Shown one piece after another: positions 53,422 to 63,409 of a stretch of DNA of 64,000 nucleotides. Position numbers and translations under genes: made by a program. The stretch is from an uncultured Pseudomonadota bacterium (lineage in GTDB: Bacteria > Desulfobacterota > Binatia > Binatales > Binataceae). Within the stretch, counting starts at the first letter, position 1, and every line of letters starts with the position of its first letter. The stretch is from assembly GCA_963824565.1 (NCBI GenBank), contig CAWGQB010000020.1, positions 67,575 to 131,574 of the forward strand, read 5' to 3'. The notes below the pieces were generated by a model, which searched no databases, was not told where the DNA came from, and saw nothing but the letters and a program-made list of their open reading frames with translations.

Positions 53422-54093
53422 TCAGGCTTTCACCGATATCTTGGCGATTGCCGTGCGCACCGCGTCGATCATCATTTCAATCGGCATACTGGGCGCGCTC
53501 AGATGGCGCATCGCCTGGCGCGTGTCATAGGGCAGATGGATGAAGCCGCAGGGCAGCGTCGGACGCCGCCGCAATTCATGCAACGCCGCGTACATCACCG
53601 CGTTACAGATAAACGCGCCAGCGCTCAGCGAGAGCGCGGCAGGAATCCGCCGGCGCTTAAGCGCTTGCACGATCTGCCGCAGCGGAAGGCGCGCGAAATA
53701 GGCGTCGGGACCATCGCGGACGACCGGTTCGTCGGTTTTGCGCCGCCGCGCGTTGTCGGAATGCGGACCGTCGAGCAGATTAATAGCGATGCGCTCGAGT
53801 GTGATCACGGTCCGCCCTCCCGCCTGCCCGAGCCCCAATACCGCAGCAGGCTGGACGCGTGCGATCACGCGGGTCATCAAGCGCTCGGCCTTTTCATAGA
53901 CCACAGGAAGCTCCAGCGCTTTGACCCGCAGCCCCCCGATTAGCTCCCCATCGAGGGCGCGCGCGACCTCCCGCGACGGGTTGCGCCGTTCGCCAGCAAA
54001 CGGTTCGAAACCGCTCAGCAATATCACCGCTTCGCGCGCACCGTTATTCCGTTTGCCGGCGGAACGCGGCGCGCTGCGCTTCGCGGCTATCAA
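53422..54093 (-). CDS. pcp: Pyroglutamyl-peptidase I (C15)
   Basis: LLSGFEPF..NPS, LERIAIN, SAGAFICN, GFIHLP; start uncertain. Confidence 0.92.
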   Translation of the reverse strand: MIAAKRSAPRSAGKRNNGAREAVILLSGFEPFAGERRNPSREVARALDGELIGGLRVKALELPVVYEKAERLMTRVIARVQPAAVLGLGQAGGRTVITLERIAINLLDGPHSDNARRRKTDEPVVRDGPDAYFARLPLRQIVQALKRRRIPAALSLSAGAFICNAVMYAALHELRRRPTLPCGFIHLPYDTRQAMRHLSAPSMPIEMMIDAVRTAIAKISVKA

Positions 54094-54899
54094 GGCCGGC
54101 GCGGTGTTTCGATTGGCAGCTCTTCGCGATTGCCCCATTCGCCCCACGAGCCGAGATAGTTGCTCGGCTTATTAAAGCCGGCCAGTCGCAACGCGTAATA
54201 AGTGTGCGCCGCGCGGTAGCCGCCCTGGCAGTAGGTAATTATCTCCTCGTCGGGAGAAAACCCGAGTTGCTCGAAGATCGCCTTGAGCTCAGACCCGGAT
54301 TTGAATCTGCCGGTCTCGTCCAGGTTGAGCGCCCAGTCTCGATTGATCGCTCCCGGAATCGCGCCGCCGCGCCGCGCCCGCACGTTTTCGCCGTAATATT
54401 CCGCCTCGCTGCGGACATCGAAGATGCGCGAGCCCGCGCGCCCGAGCCTGTCGGCCACCTGTTCGTAGGTGGCGAGAATTTCCTGGCGGACCGCTGACTT
54501 GAAAGGGTAAGGCGTCACCGGGTCGGCGATGGTGGTCAGGCGTCGGGCCGCGAGTCCCTTCAAGCCGGCGTCCAGAATCTTGACCGCGGGATGGCCCAGG
54601 TACTCCAGGATCCATGCACCCCGCGCCGCTCGCATCCCTGAGTTATCCTCGTAAAAGACCACGGTCTCGCGGCCGGTGATGCCCAGCGCCGAGAAGATCC
54701 ATTCCGATTGGGCGGTGAATTCGCCGATCGCCTTGGGGCTGGTGTCGTAATAATGGAAGGGAAATGGATCGAGATGCCGCGCCCGCTCCAGATGTCCGGA
54801 CCAGAATTCGCGCGGTGGCCGCGTATCGATCAGCACGACGCCGTCATTGTTGGCATTACGCTCAAGCCAGGCCGCATCGACCAGAAATTGGTTGTCCAT
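54090..54899 (-). CDS. Two-domain rhodanese / sulfurtransferase
   Basis: IDTRP, DVRS..EY, YCQGGYRA, YLGSWGEW. Confidence 0.9.
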   Translation of the reverse strand: MDNQFLVDAAWLERNANNDGVVLIDTRPPREFWSGHLERARHLDPFPFHYYDTSPKAIGEFTAQSEWIFSALGITGRETVVFYEDNSGMRAARGAWILEYLGHPAVKILDAGLKGLAARRLTTIADPVTPYPFKSAVRQEILATYEQVADRLGRAGSRIFDVRSEAEYYGENVRARRGGAIPGAINRDWALNLDETGRFKSGSELKAIFEQLGFSPDEEIITYCQGGYRAAHTYYALRLAGFNKPSNYLGSWGEWGNREELPIETPRRP

Positions 54900-54931
54900 A
54901 GTGCTCGCCCAATCCAAGCCGCGAAATCTTC

Positions 54932-55693
54932 CTATTTTTCCTCAGTGGCCGGAAAAATGTCGCGCCAGATTTCCGGATCCTCGACCAGGCGCGCCAAAGC
55001 GTCGCCCTCCGGGGCGCCCTTGTCCCACGAGTCAAAGTGCAGCAAGCGGCGCGGTGACAAGCGCTCAGCCCAGCCGGCTTTCTCCAGAACCGGACGCGCG
55101 GGGAATGAATCGACATAGCCAATGCACAGATAGGCGACAGGAATGATTTGCCTCGGGATGCCGAAAATCGTTCGCAGCGACTCGTTGCGCACGATGCTGA
55201 CCCATCCGACCCCTAGTCCCTCGGCGCGTGCGGCGAGCCACAGGTTTTCGACCGCGAGGCAGGTGGAATAGATCTCGACCTCTTCGATCGCGGTCTTGCC
55301 CAGCACTCCCGGTCCGAACCGATCCGGCTCGCAGGTCACGATCAGGTTCAGTGGCGACTCGATGATGCCCTCGAGCTTGAGCGACAGGAACTTCTCGCGC
55401 CGTTTGCCGGTGAACTGCGCCGCATTGCGCAAGCGTTCCTGTTCGAAAACGCGCTTGACCTCCCGCCGGGGCTCCAGGTCCCGCACGATGATGAAATCCC
55501 ACGGCTGAGTGAAGCCCACGCTGGCCGCATGATGGGCCGCCACCAACACCCGCGCCAGAACTTCTTCCGGTATCGGATCGGGCCGAAACTCGCGCATGTC
55601 GCGTCGCCTGAAAATGGTCTCGTAGAGCCCACGCCGGATTTCCAGCGGGAGGCTGTTGGAATCGTCGATATCTGACTTCGGCTTGGATTCCAT
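54932..55693 (-). CDS. bluB: 5,6-dimethylbenzimidazole synthase
   Basis: RRDMREF, ASVGFTQPW, LKLEGI, NLWLAARAEGLGVGWVS. Confidence 0.88.
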   Translation of the reverse strand: MESKPKSDIDDSNSLPLEIRRGLYETIFRRRDMREFRPDPIPEEVLARVLVAAHHAASVGFTQPWDFIIVRDLEPRREVKRVFEQERLRNAAQFTGKRREKFLSLKLEGIIESPLNLIVTCEPDRFGPGVLGKTAIEEVEIYSTCLAVENLWLAARAEGLGVGWVSIVRNESLRTIFGIPRQIIPVAYLCIGYVDSFPARPVLEKAGWAERLSPRRLLHFDSWDKGAPEGDALARLVEDPEIWRDIFPATEEK

Positions 55694-55926
55694 CGTATTA
55701 ATAATAAATACCGCCGAGCCCCGCGGTCCGGCGAATTTTCCTATCGGCCATAGTAGTTTTTGGTCTGCCCTCGTGCCAGCTACATTGAAAAAGCCACAGA
55801 GCGGCATGAATCGTACGTGACCGAGCAGGCGCGAACCAAGGGCCGCCGCGTCCTTCGAGAATTTCGTGATATTGTCCGTCCGTTGTTGGGACACTGCTCG
55901 TACGCCTCGCGCGAAGGAGTCCCGCC

Positions 55927-56743
55927 CTATTCCGCGAAAAACGCCAAAACCCGGACTTCGATGCTTTCCCGAGCCGGCGCGTCCGGCGGTGCCGATGGAT
56001 CCGTGAAGGCGGCATGGGCGGTGAAGCGCGCCCGGCCGTCTTCAGCCGAATCGAAGCACTTGATTAGCAATACCTCGTCGGTCTGCATTCGCGCAAAGTA
56101 GAACCAGCGGTGGCTGTCGCTGTGGGCAACCATGAAAACCTCATGCTTCAGTTCCGCCGGGACAAGGTCCTTAGCCTCGATACTTCGTGCGTCGCACACC
56201 GCGAGCGGAGTGCTCAGCACTGGGCCTTGAATCGGGCGCCATACATTAAATTCGGCGAAGCGGCCCTTAAGGCGCTGCTCGGCCTCGGCCGGGTCCAGCG
56301 ATTCACGCACCATTTGCGGCCCGGATTTGGGTGTGTAGTCATTGTGCACCGCTGTCACGGGTTCGCGAACTCCGGCCTCTCCACGTCTGGCTCTGGTCGT
56401 GCATCGCACATCGTGCGCGAACACTACTGCTTTTGCGGCACCGGTGACCCGTTTGATCAGCGTTTCCACCTCCGGGTAATACGAATGCACGCACTTCATC
56501 CGGATCATAGAAATTCGCCACCGCAGTCGGCTCTTTCAACAAAACGAATCCCTGTTTGTCCAGGGAGAGCTGATCGGCAATCGGCCGCGCGTCGTAAATC
56601 GCCGTAGTATAGAATGCGGACCGCCCGGGCCAGTCCGATGTACTAGGCTGCGGCCGCAGACCCGAATCATGGTCCCTGGCTACCAGATAAACCAGCGGAG
56701 CCTCGACCTGGTGGAGGTTTTCTAAAGAATCGATACTATCCAT
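55927..56743 (-). CDS. CmcJ/NvfI (AsaB-like) family oxidoreductase; frameshifted
   Basis: LSLDKQGF, VHNDYT, NVWRPI..PLAVCDA, HAAF, RESIEVR. Confidence 0.8.
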
Positions 56744-56771
56744 TCCGTAACACGACTTGCGATCCAAGCCG

Positions 56772-57599
56772 CTAATCCCTTCGTATGCCGGTCATTATAA
56801 TCAGGCGCGAATCTGACTGAAGAGGCCTGCCGCGATAGTCGCCACACGTCGACTCGACTTCGAATCCGGAATGGATGAAAAGCAGCTTCAGCTCACGCGG
56901 AAAGAAAACGTGGCTGGTGAAATCATCGATATAGCTTTCGATCGCTCGCCCGTGCCGGTATTTTTCGTACATGAACCGGATCTGTGCGCGCTGCTCATGA
57001 CTTAGATACTGAGTCGTTTTCTTCCTAATCAGGCGCGTACCGTCGGTTTCATCGTAGTTATCAACGTCGACTTCCAACGGCGTGCGCGGCAGGACGCTGA
57101 ACGAATCGGCAAACGCGGCCATATTGGGCATTGTAACCTCGACGACGAATCTGCCACCCGAGACAAGGTTACGATGCGCCGTTTTCCACACCGCGATTTG
57201 ATCTTCGAGGCTCAGCACATGACTTATCGAAGAGCATGGAATCACGATCAGGTCGAACCTGGTGTCGGCGGCCCACGTTCGCATATCGCCCTGGACGAAA
57301 TCCAACCGCTTCTGAGCGTCGGATGGAAGATCCAGCCGATACTCTTGAGCCTTGCTCAGCATCTCGGGCTGGCTATCGAGGCCGACGACATCAAAGTCCA
57401 GCCGGCTCGCGGTCTCGGCGAGCGGAACGGTTATTCGTCCAGTTCCGCAGCCCAGCTCAAGGACTCTCTTCGGACGCAGCCTACGAACCAGCGAGATATA
57501 GAAGCCGATATCCTCGTCGTCGCCAAGATGCTCGCGGTCGTATTCTTCGGGATGTCGGTAAAGCTCGCTCATGCGCTGGGTTTGCTTTCTTTTTCCCAT
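56772..57599 (-). CDS. Class I SAM-dependent methyltransferase
   Basis: VLELGCGTGR, GDMR, GGRFVV. Confidence 0.88.
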   Translation of the reverse strand: MGKRKQTQRMSELYRHPEEYDREHLGDDEDIGFYISLVRRLRPKRVLELGCGTGRITVPLAETASRLDFDVVGLDSQPEMLSKAQEYRLDLPSDAQKRLDFVQGDMRTWAADTRFDLIVIPCSSISHVLSLEDQIAVWKTAHRNLVSGGRFVVEVTMPNMAAFADSFSVLPRTPLEVDVDNYDETDGTRLIRKKTTQYLSHEQRAQIRFMYEKYRHGRAIESYIDDFTSHVFFPRELKLLFIHSGFEVESTCGDYRGRPLQSDSRLIIMTGIRRD

Positions 57600-57743
57600 G
57601 GCAGACGATGCATTTTGCGACTGGTCCTGCGGGCGTCTGCGTAGGTTGCAATTCAATTAAAGCACGACCGGCGCTCAAGTGCATGAAGATCGTTGGATTG
57701 CAAAAAACCACTTAGTCGTCGGCTTTTCTGGAACGGCTAATTC

Positions 57744-58823
57744 CTACCTTGCCGACTTGCCAATGGCTTGTGCTATCGAGCTATGGCCGTCGCTGCGCAT
57801 CAGGTCCAGCAACCCATGCTTGATTGCCGACGGTAGTCCCGGGCCTTCATAAATCAGTCCGGTGTATAGTTCGACCAGGCTCGCGCCGGCAGCACAGATG
57901 GCCATACGCGTCGTCGGCGCTGGCTACTCCGCCAACTCCGATAATCGGGAGCTGGCCTTCGGTATGGCGATAAACATCGCGGATTACCGCGCGTGAGCGC
58001 GCCTTTAACGGCCGACCGCTTAGACCGCCAGGATGATCGCTGCGCACGCCCACTTCTTCGCGCGCAATCGTGGTGTTGGTCGCGACGATTCCGTCCAAGC
58101 TGCAGTTCCATCACAGTGCGGCAAATTTCGCGGAGCTGAATGGCATCCAGGTCCGGAGCGATCTTGACCAGCAACGGCGGTCGATTCGCGACTAGCGCGA
58201 GCGCGCTCGGGAAACGCGCGCGTGATTAGTGTTCGCAAATGATCCGGAGCCTGCCATTCGCGCAGCCCCGGAGTGTTGGGCGAGCTGACATTGACCACGA
58301 TGAAGTCGGCCATCGGACCAAGCAGCGCGGCGGCCGCCGCGATATCGTCGGCCACGCGCTCGGGCGGTGTTTCCTTGTTCGGACCGATGTTGACGCCGAG
58401 CCGCAATCGCAGCCCGCGCGGGTGCAGGCGCGTCAGACGCTCCGCCGCAGTCTGTATCCCCAGGCTAGGAAACCCCAGCCGGTTGATTAACGCCCGATGC
58501 TCAGGGAGGCGCCATAGACGTGGCCGCGGGTTGCCCGGCTGCGGCCTCGGCGTGATAGTGCCGACCTCCACGAAGCCAAAGCCCATCATCTGCCAGACCG
58601 CCACCCCGGCAACATCCTTATCCAGCCCGGCCGCTAATCCGACCGGATTGGAAAAATGCATCCCCCACAGATCCTGCCCCAGCGCTTCATCGTCGGCCGG
58701 GGCGCTGATTGGTGGAACTCCCGCGAGCAGCGTTAGAACCATCCGGTGGGCGGTTTCGGGGTCAAGCGTGAAGAACAGTCGCCGCAGCACGCGCTGCCAG
58801 AGCAGGTCGATCAATGGGGCCAT
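57744..58823 (-). CDS. pyrD: Quinone-dependent dihydroorotate dehydrogenase (class 2); several frameshifts
   Basis: [57 protein letters not shown]. Confidence 0.9.
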
Positions 58824-58981
58824 CGGGTCTGCATCGTCGCAGCCCGGCGCATACGCGGCAAGGCCCTGCTCTTGTGGACATCCCCGCGCGGCCCGGTATC
58901 AGAGGCGATCCGGCGTCGATATAATCCGCGCCGTTGGGATATAATCAAGGCAGGGAGTTTCAGGTGAGCAGTCAGGCGGTG

Positions 58982-59791
58982 ATGGCGGTCAAGTTGATCG
59001 ATTACGCGGCGATGCCGCTGGAAAAGCTCTATGCGGCTTTCCGGACCTGTTATTCCTCGGACACACCGATCGAAATTTGGGAGAAGATCCGGACCGAGAA
59101 GATTGGCCACGACAAGATCCGCCAGTTCATTGGCGAGCGCCTCAAGACCGGGCACGCGTCGCCGCTGGAGCAGGTGGTTTTCTGGTTCGGGATCAGCAAC
59201 GTCTCGCGATCGCTGTCGCATCAATTTGTCCGGCATCGCATCGGTATCAGCTTCGAGCAGCAGAGCCAGCGCTACGTGAAGTTCAAGGAGGACAAGCTTT
59301 CCTACGTTATCCCGGAATCATGGAACCGCGCCGGTCTGGGAGACGATTACGCGGAACTGACCGCAAAGATCTCCGCTCTGTACGCGCGCGCGCTGGCCGC
59401 CGGGGTCCCGGCCGAGGACGCGCGCTTCGTGCTGCCCAATGCCGCGCCGACCAATTTCCACGTGATGGTGAACTTCGCCGAGATGCTCCACATTTGCGAC
59501 CTGCGTTTGTGCGTGCGGGCGCAGTGGGAAATCCGGCGGATGGTCGCGCTGATGCGCTCCGAGATCAAAAAGGTGCTGCCCGAAGTCGCCGTCTACCTGC
59601 AGCCCAAATGCGGCGAGAACCGGATGGGCTACTGCGACGAATCCCTGGAGGATTGGCGCAAGTGCCCGCTGGGCAAGGTCAGACCGCACAAGAACGTGCT
59701 GTTCGAGCTGTACAATTTGTATGGCAGCCAGAAGGTTCGAGCCCTGTCGGAAAACGAGTATCACGCGGTCGAGGAAAAGGAACTGCTCTGA
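58982..59791 (+). CDS. thyX: FAD-dependent thymidylate synthase
   Basis: GHASPLEQ, SRSLSHQFVRHR..SQRY, EDARFVLP, AQWEIR. Confidence 0.92.
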   Translation: MAVKLIDYAAMPLEKLYAAFRTCYSSDTPIEIWEKIRTEKIGHDKIRQFIGERLKTGHASPLEQVVFWFGISNVSRSLSHQFVRHRIGISFEQQSQRYVKFKEDKLSYVIPESWNRAGLGDDYAELTAKISALYARALAAGVPAEDARFVLPNAAPTNFHVMVNFAEMLHICDLRLCVRAQWEIRRMVALMRSEIKKVLPEVAVYLQPKCGENRMGYCDESLEDWRKCPLGKVRPHKNVLFELYNLYGSQKVRALSENEYHAVEEKELL

Positions 59792-59819
59792 GGCATCCGA
59801 CGGCGGACGCTGAGATGAA

Positions 59820-60245
59820 ATGGCCTCGAATTCAAATGACTCGTCCGCGGCTGTTCCGCCGGAATTGAAGGACGCGATCCGAACCTTCAACCGCGGCGAT
59901 TACTTCGCCGCCAGCGAGCAGTTCGAGGTCCTGGGCCACACGGCCGATGAGTCGCTCAAGGACGTGATCGGAGCGCTGCATCGCGTCGCCGCGGGACTGC
60001 ATCTGCGCTTCTCGCGCGGTGGGCGTCAGTCCACCATCAACCTGCTCTCCCACGCGATGATGTCGCTGGATGAGTTGCGTCCCGCACGCGCCGGAATCGA
60101 CCTTGAGCGGTTGTACAATGAGCTCTCGGCATTCACCGACGATCTGCGCACCAGCTCCAAAGAGTTTGAAGCCGGATCGTTCAAATACAAGGCGCGCCTG
60201 TTCCTGGAGCGTCGCCGCGCCCCCAGAATCATAATGATCGACTGA
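59820..60245 (+). CDS. DUF309-like helical protein
   Basis: FNRGDYFAASEQFE...AAGLH...GIDLERL resembles the DUF309 pattern. Confidence 0.6.
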   Translation: MASNSNDSSAAVPPELKDAIRTFNRGDYFAASEQFEVLGHTADESLKDVIGALHRVAAGLHLRFSRGGRQSTINLLSHAMMSLDELRPARAGIDLERLYNELSAFTDDLRTSSKEFEAGSFKYKARLFLERRRAPRIIMID

Positions 60246-60273
60246 CGTTCCCGGTCGCGCGAGTCGGCCAGCA

Positions 60274-60873
60274 ATGGCAGTTTCACGAAAATCCACTCAG
60301 ACGCGGCTGGCGGCATTGCAAACCTCAATGCTTGGTTGTTCCCGATGCGCGGCGTTGGTGCGATGCCGCACGCGCGTGGTGCCAGGTGCGGGAGCGGTTG
60401 GCGCGGCGGTTGCGTTCGTGGGTATCGCGCCCGGACGTTTGGGCGGCGACCGCACGGGAGTACCGTTCAGTGGCGACCGCTCGGGCAATCTGCTGCGCGA
60501 GATGATTGCCGAATCCGGGTTGCATGACGTCTTCATCACCAACCTGGTGCGCTGTAATCCGCGCGATCCGCAAGGACGCAACCGCGACCCCGACGCGGAT
60601 GAAATCGCCAACTGCCGCGGGCATCTGGAAGCCGAACTGGCGCTGGTCAGGCCCAAGGTTGTGGCGTGCCTGGGGCGGATGGCCTGGGTCCATCTGGCCG
60701 GCAAGCAGGCCGTCTTCGATCCCGAGCACGGCGGGCCGATCGAGGCGGATCGTTGGCTTTTGTATCCGATGTACCATCCGGCCTACGTCAATCGCGGCGC
60801 CTATCCCATACGCCGCTACGCGCGCGACTTCAGGCGCCTTCGACTCGCGATACACCGCCTGTCGCCGTCGTAA
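60274..60873 (+). CDS. Uracil-DNA glycosylase, Fe-S type (family 5/UdgB-like)
   Basis: CSRC, GIAPGRLGGDRTGVPFSGDRSG, TNLVRC, MYHPA. Confidence 0.85.
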   Translation: MAVSRKSTQTRLAALQTSMLGCSRCAALVRCRTRVVPGAGAVGAAVAFVGIAPGRLGGDRTGVPFSGDRSGNLLREMIAESGLHDVFITNLVRCNPRDPQGRNRDPDADEIANCRGHLEAELALVRPKVVACLGRMAWVHLAGKQAVFDPEHGGPIEADRWLLYPMYHPAYVNRGAYPIRRYARDFRRLRLAIHRLSPS

Positions 60874-60997
60874 TCCTGCCACTGGCCGCGAGTCGCCTTA
60901 CATTGATATAAAAGGTTCAGTCCGAAGTGCGCGCCTACTGCGGGACGGCGCGACCGGAGAACGTAAACCCGGAGCATTCAAACAGGGACCAATCGAT

Positions 60998-62164
60998 ATG
61001 GCTGACAGTGTTGAGATTCAGGGACAAATCGATCCGCGCTTCGAGCGCGTCAAGGAAGCCTTCGCGGAAAACTTCGCCACCAAAGGCGAGGTCGGTGCCG
61101 CCGTGGCGATTACCCTGGACAACCGTCCAGTGGTGGATATCTGGGGTGGTAATTCCGACCGCGCCCGCACCAAACCCTGGACCCGCGACACGCTGGTGAA
61201 CGTCTGGTCAACCACTAAGGGACCGGCCGCGATGTGCCTGCATCGGTTGGCCGAACAGGGCCGGCTCGACCTCGACGCTCCGGTTTCCCGCTACTGGCCC
61301 GAGTTCGCGCAGGCGGGCAAGGAGAAGGTGCCCGTGACCTTTCTGCTCAACCACAAAGCCGGGCTGCCGGCGATCAAGGCCAAGATCCCCGGTGAGATGT
61401 TCTATGATTGGGACGCGATGACTGCCGCGCTGGCGGCGCATACACCATGGTGGGAGCCGGGCACCAGGCACGGCTACCACGCTTTCACTTATGGATTCCT
61501 GATCGGCGAGGTGTTGCGGCGCATCACCGGAAGGAGCATAGGCACCTACTTCCGCGAGGAATTCGCACAGCCACTCGATATCGATTTCCACATCGGACTG
61601 GCCGCGGAGCACGACGCCCGGGTCGCGCAAATGATCGGCGCGGATCCTCCGCCTCCGGGGGAACGCAATCTTTTCACCGAAGCATTCAAGGATCCTGAGT
61701 CGGTCAGTTCCAAGACGCTAGCCAATCCGGCCACTCTGATGCAGGTCAAGACCATCAATACCCGCGAATGGCGCGGTGCGGAAATCCCCGCCGCCAACGG
61801 CCATTCCACGGCGCGGGCGTTGGCACGGCTTTATGGCGCATTGGCCTGCGGCGGAGAAGTCGACGGCGTGCATGTACTCTCGAGCGAAAGCATCGAGCGC
61901 TGTCATATCGAGACAGCGAACGGTCAGGATGCGGTGCTGCTGCGTCCAACGCGCTTCAGCCTCGGCTTTATGCTGCCGATGCCGGAGATGGCCCACGCGC
62001 GCCATCCGCGTAACTTCGGTCACGCAGGCGCTGGCGGCTCGCTGTCCTACGCCGACCCCGATGCGCGCATCGGCTTTTCCTACGTGATGAACAAGATGCG
62101 CAATGACATGATGCTCGATTCGCGCGCTGCCGCGCTAATCGAGGCCATGTACGCGTCGCTTTAA
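60998..62164 (+). CDS. Serine hydrolase, class C beta-lactamase-like esterase
   Basis: STTK (SxxK), LLNHKAG, GYHA, FGHAGAGG; start placed at MADSVE. Confidence 0.9.
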   Translation: MADSVEIQGQIDPRFERVKEAFAENFATKGEVGAAVAITLDNRPVVDIWGGNSDRARTKPWTRDTLVNVWSTTKGPAAMCLHRLAEQGRLDLDAPVSRYWPEFAQAGKEKVPVTFLLNHKAGLPAIKAKIPGEMFYDWDAMTAALAAHTPWWEPGTRHGYHAFTYGFLIGEVLRRITGRSIGTYFREEFAQPLDIDFHIGLAAEHDARVAQMIGADPPPPGERNLFTEAFKDPESVSSKTLANPATLMQVKTINTREWRGAEIPAANGHSTARALARLYGALACGGEVDGVHVLSSESIERCHIETANGQDAVLLRPTRFSLGFMLPMPEMAHARHPRNFGHAGAGGSLSYADPDARIGFSYVMNKMRNDMMLDSRAAALIEAMYASL

Positions 62165-62169
62165 TTTTT

Positions 62170-62424
62170 ATGAAAGAAATTGCGATATCGAAGTTCAAGG
62201 CGAATTGCCTGGGAGTGCTTGAACGCGTTCGTAGGACCGGCAAACCGGTGCAGGTGACAAAGTTCGGAAAACCGGTGGCACAGATTGTTCCACCTCCCGA
62301 GCTCAAACGTTCCAAGCGCTGGGTCGGGAGTATGGCGGGCACCGTGCAGATTCTCGGTGATATCGTGGCTCCAGCCGTGGATGAGAGTGATTGGGAAGTA
62401 CTCATCGAAGCGAAAGAACACTAG
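62170..62424 (+). CDS. Phd/YefM-family antitoxin (orphan)
   Basis: ISKFKANCLGVLERV..VTKFGKPVAQIVP. Confidence 0.85.
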   Translation: MKEIAISKFKANCLGVLERVRRTGKPVQVTKFGKPVAQIVPPPELKRSKRWVGSMAGTVQILGDIVAPAVDESDWEVLIEAKEH

Positions 62425-62527
62425 ATCCTGGTGAGCAGGTAACTTCCTACAGGCATCTGTCTGTGCAACCACAAGAGCCCGTCTCCCGATTGACTTCAGA
62501 CGCCCTGCTCGCGATGCTCGATCGCAG

Positions 62528-63409
62528 GTGAAGATCACTCAGGACTTTGTCGCGCAGGGGCTGCGGCGCGCGCACTATGTCACCAACGAGCGGGTGGAGA
62601 CGGCGCTTTATCTTGCCCTGGCCCTGGAAAAACCGATCCTGATCGAAGGACCGGCGGGCTCGGGCAAGACCGAAATCGCCAAGGTGCTGGCCGAGATGCT
62701 CGGGACCGAGCTGGTTCGGCTGCAATGCTATGAAGGCCTCGACGAGGCGCGCGCGCTGTATGAATGGAATTACCAGAAGCAGCTTTTGCGGTTGCAGGCC
62801 GACGAGCAGCAGGGGCTGGGCTGGGACCAACTTTCCCAGCACATCTTCTCGCGCGAATATCTGCTCGAGCGCCCGCTGCTCAAGGCGATTTCCTCGCCCC
62901 GCAAAGTTGTTCTGCTGATCGACGAGATCGACAAGGCGGATGAGGAGTTCGAGGCCTTCCTGCTCGAACTGCTTTCGGACTTCCAGATCAGCATTCCGGA
63001 ACTGGGTACCATCCAGGCGCAGGAGCGGCCCGCCGTGGTGCTGACGTCCAACCGCGCGCGCGAACTGTCAGAAGCGCTGCGCCGCCGATGTCTGCATCTG
63101 TTCATCGACTTCCCCGGAATCGAGCAGGAGCGGCGAATCCTGGAACTGAAGATTCCCGGGCTGGACGCGAACATGGCCGCCGCGGCGGCGCGCTTCGTCA
63201 ATTCGCTGCGCAAGCTCGATCTAGCCAAGCAGCCTTCCGTCGCCGAGACGCTCGACTGGGTCCGCGCGCTGGTTCAACTGGGTGTTAAAGAAATCGACCA
63301 GCCGGCGGTCCGCACCACGCTGGGTCTGCTGCTCAAACACGAGGGCGACCGGGCCCTGGTTGAGAGCAAGACCGCCGCGATCATCCCACGCACGCGCCAG
63401 GCTCACTGA
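62528..63409 (+). CDS. MoxR-family AAA+ ATPase (CoxD-like)
   Basis: EGPAGSGKT, LQCYEGLD, LIDEIDK, LSEALRRRC. Confidence 0.92.
   Translation: MKITQDFVAQGLRRAHYVTNERVETALYLALALEKPILIEGPAGSGKTEIAKVLAEMLGTELVRLQCYEGLDEARALYEWNYQKQLLRLQADEQQGLGWDQLSQHIFSREYLLERPLLKAISSPRKVVLLIDEIDKADEEFEAFLLELLSDFQISIPELGTIQAQERPAVVLTSNRARELSEALRRRCLHLFIDFPGIEQERRILELKIPGLDANMAAAAARFVNSLRKLDLAKQPSVAETLDWVRALVQLGVKEIDQPAVRTTLGLLLKHEGDRALVESKTAAIIPRTRQAH

Noticed and set aside
55694-55926. Cobalamin riboswitch upstream of bluB
   Set aside because: No B12-box or conserved GGGAA/GCCACTG elements seen; the upstream ORF extension to 55894 also looks spurious
60506-60997. N-terminal extension of the serine hydrolase ORF
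   Set aside because: It overlaps the UDG gene in another frame; homology begins at MADSVE (60998)
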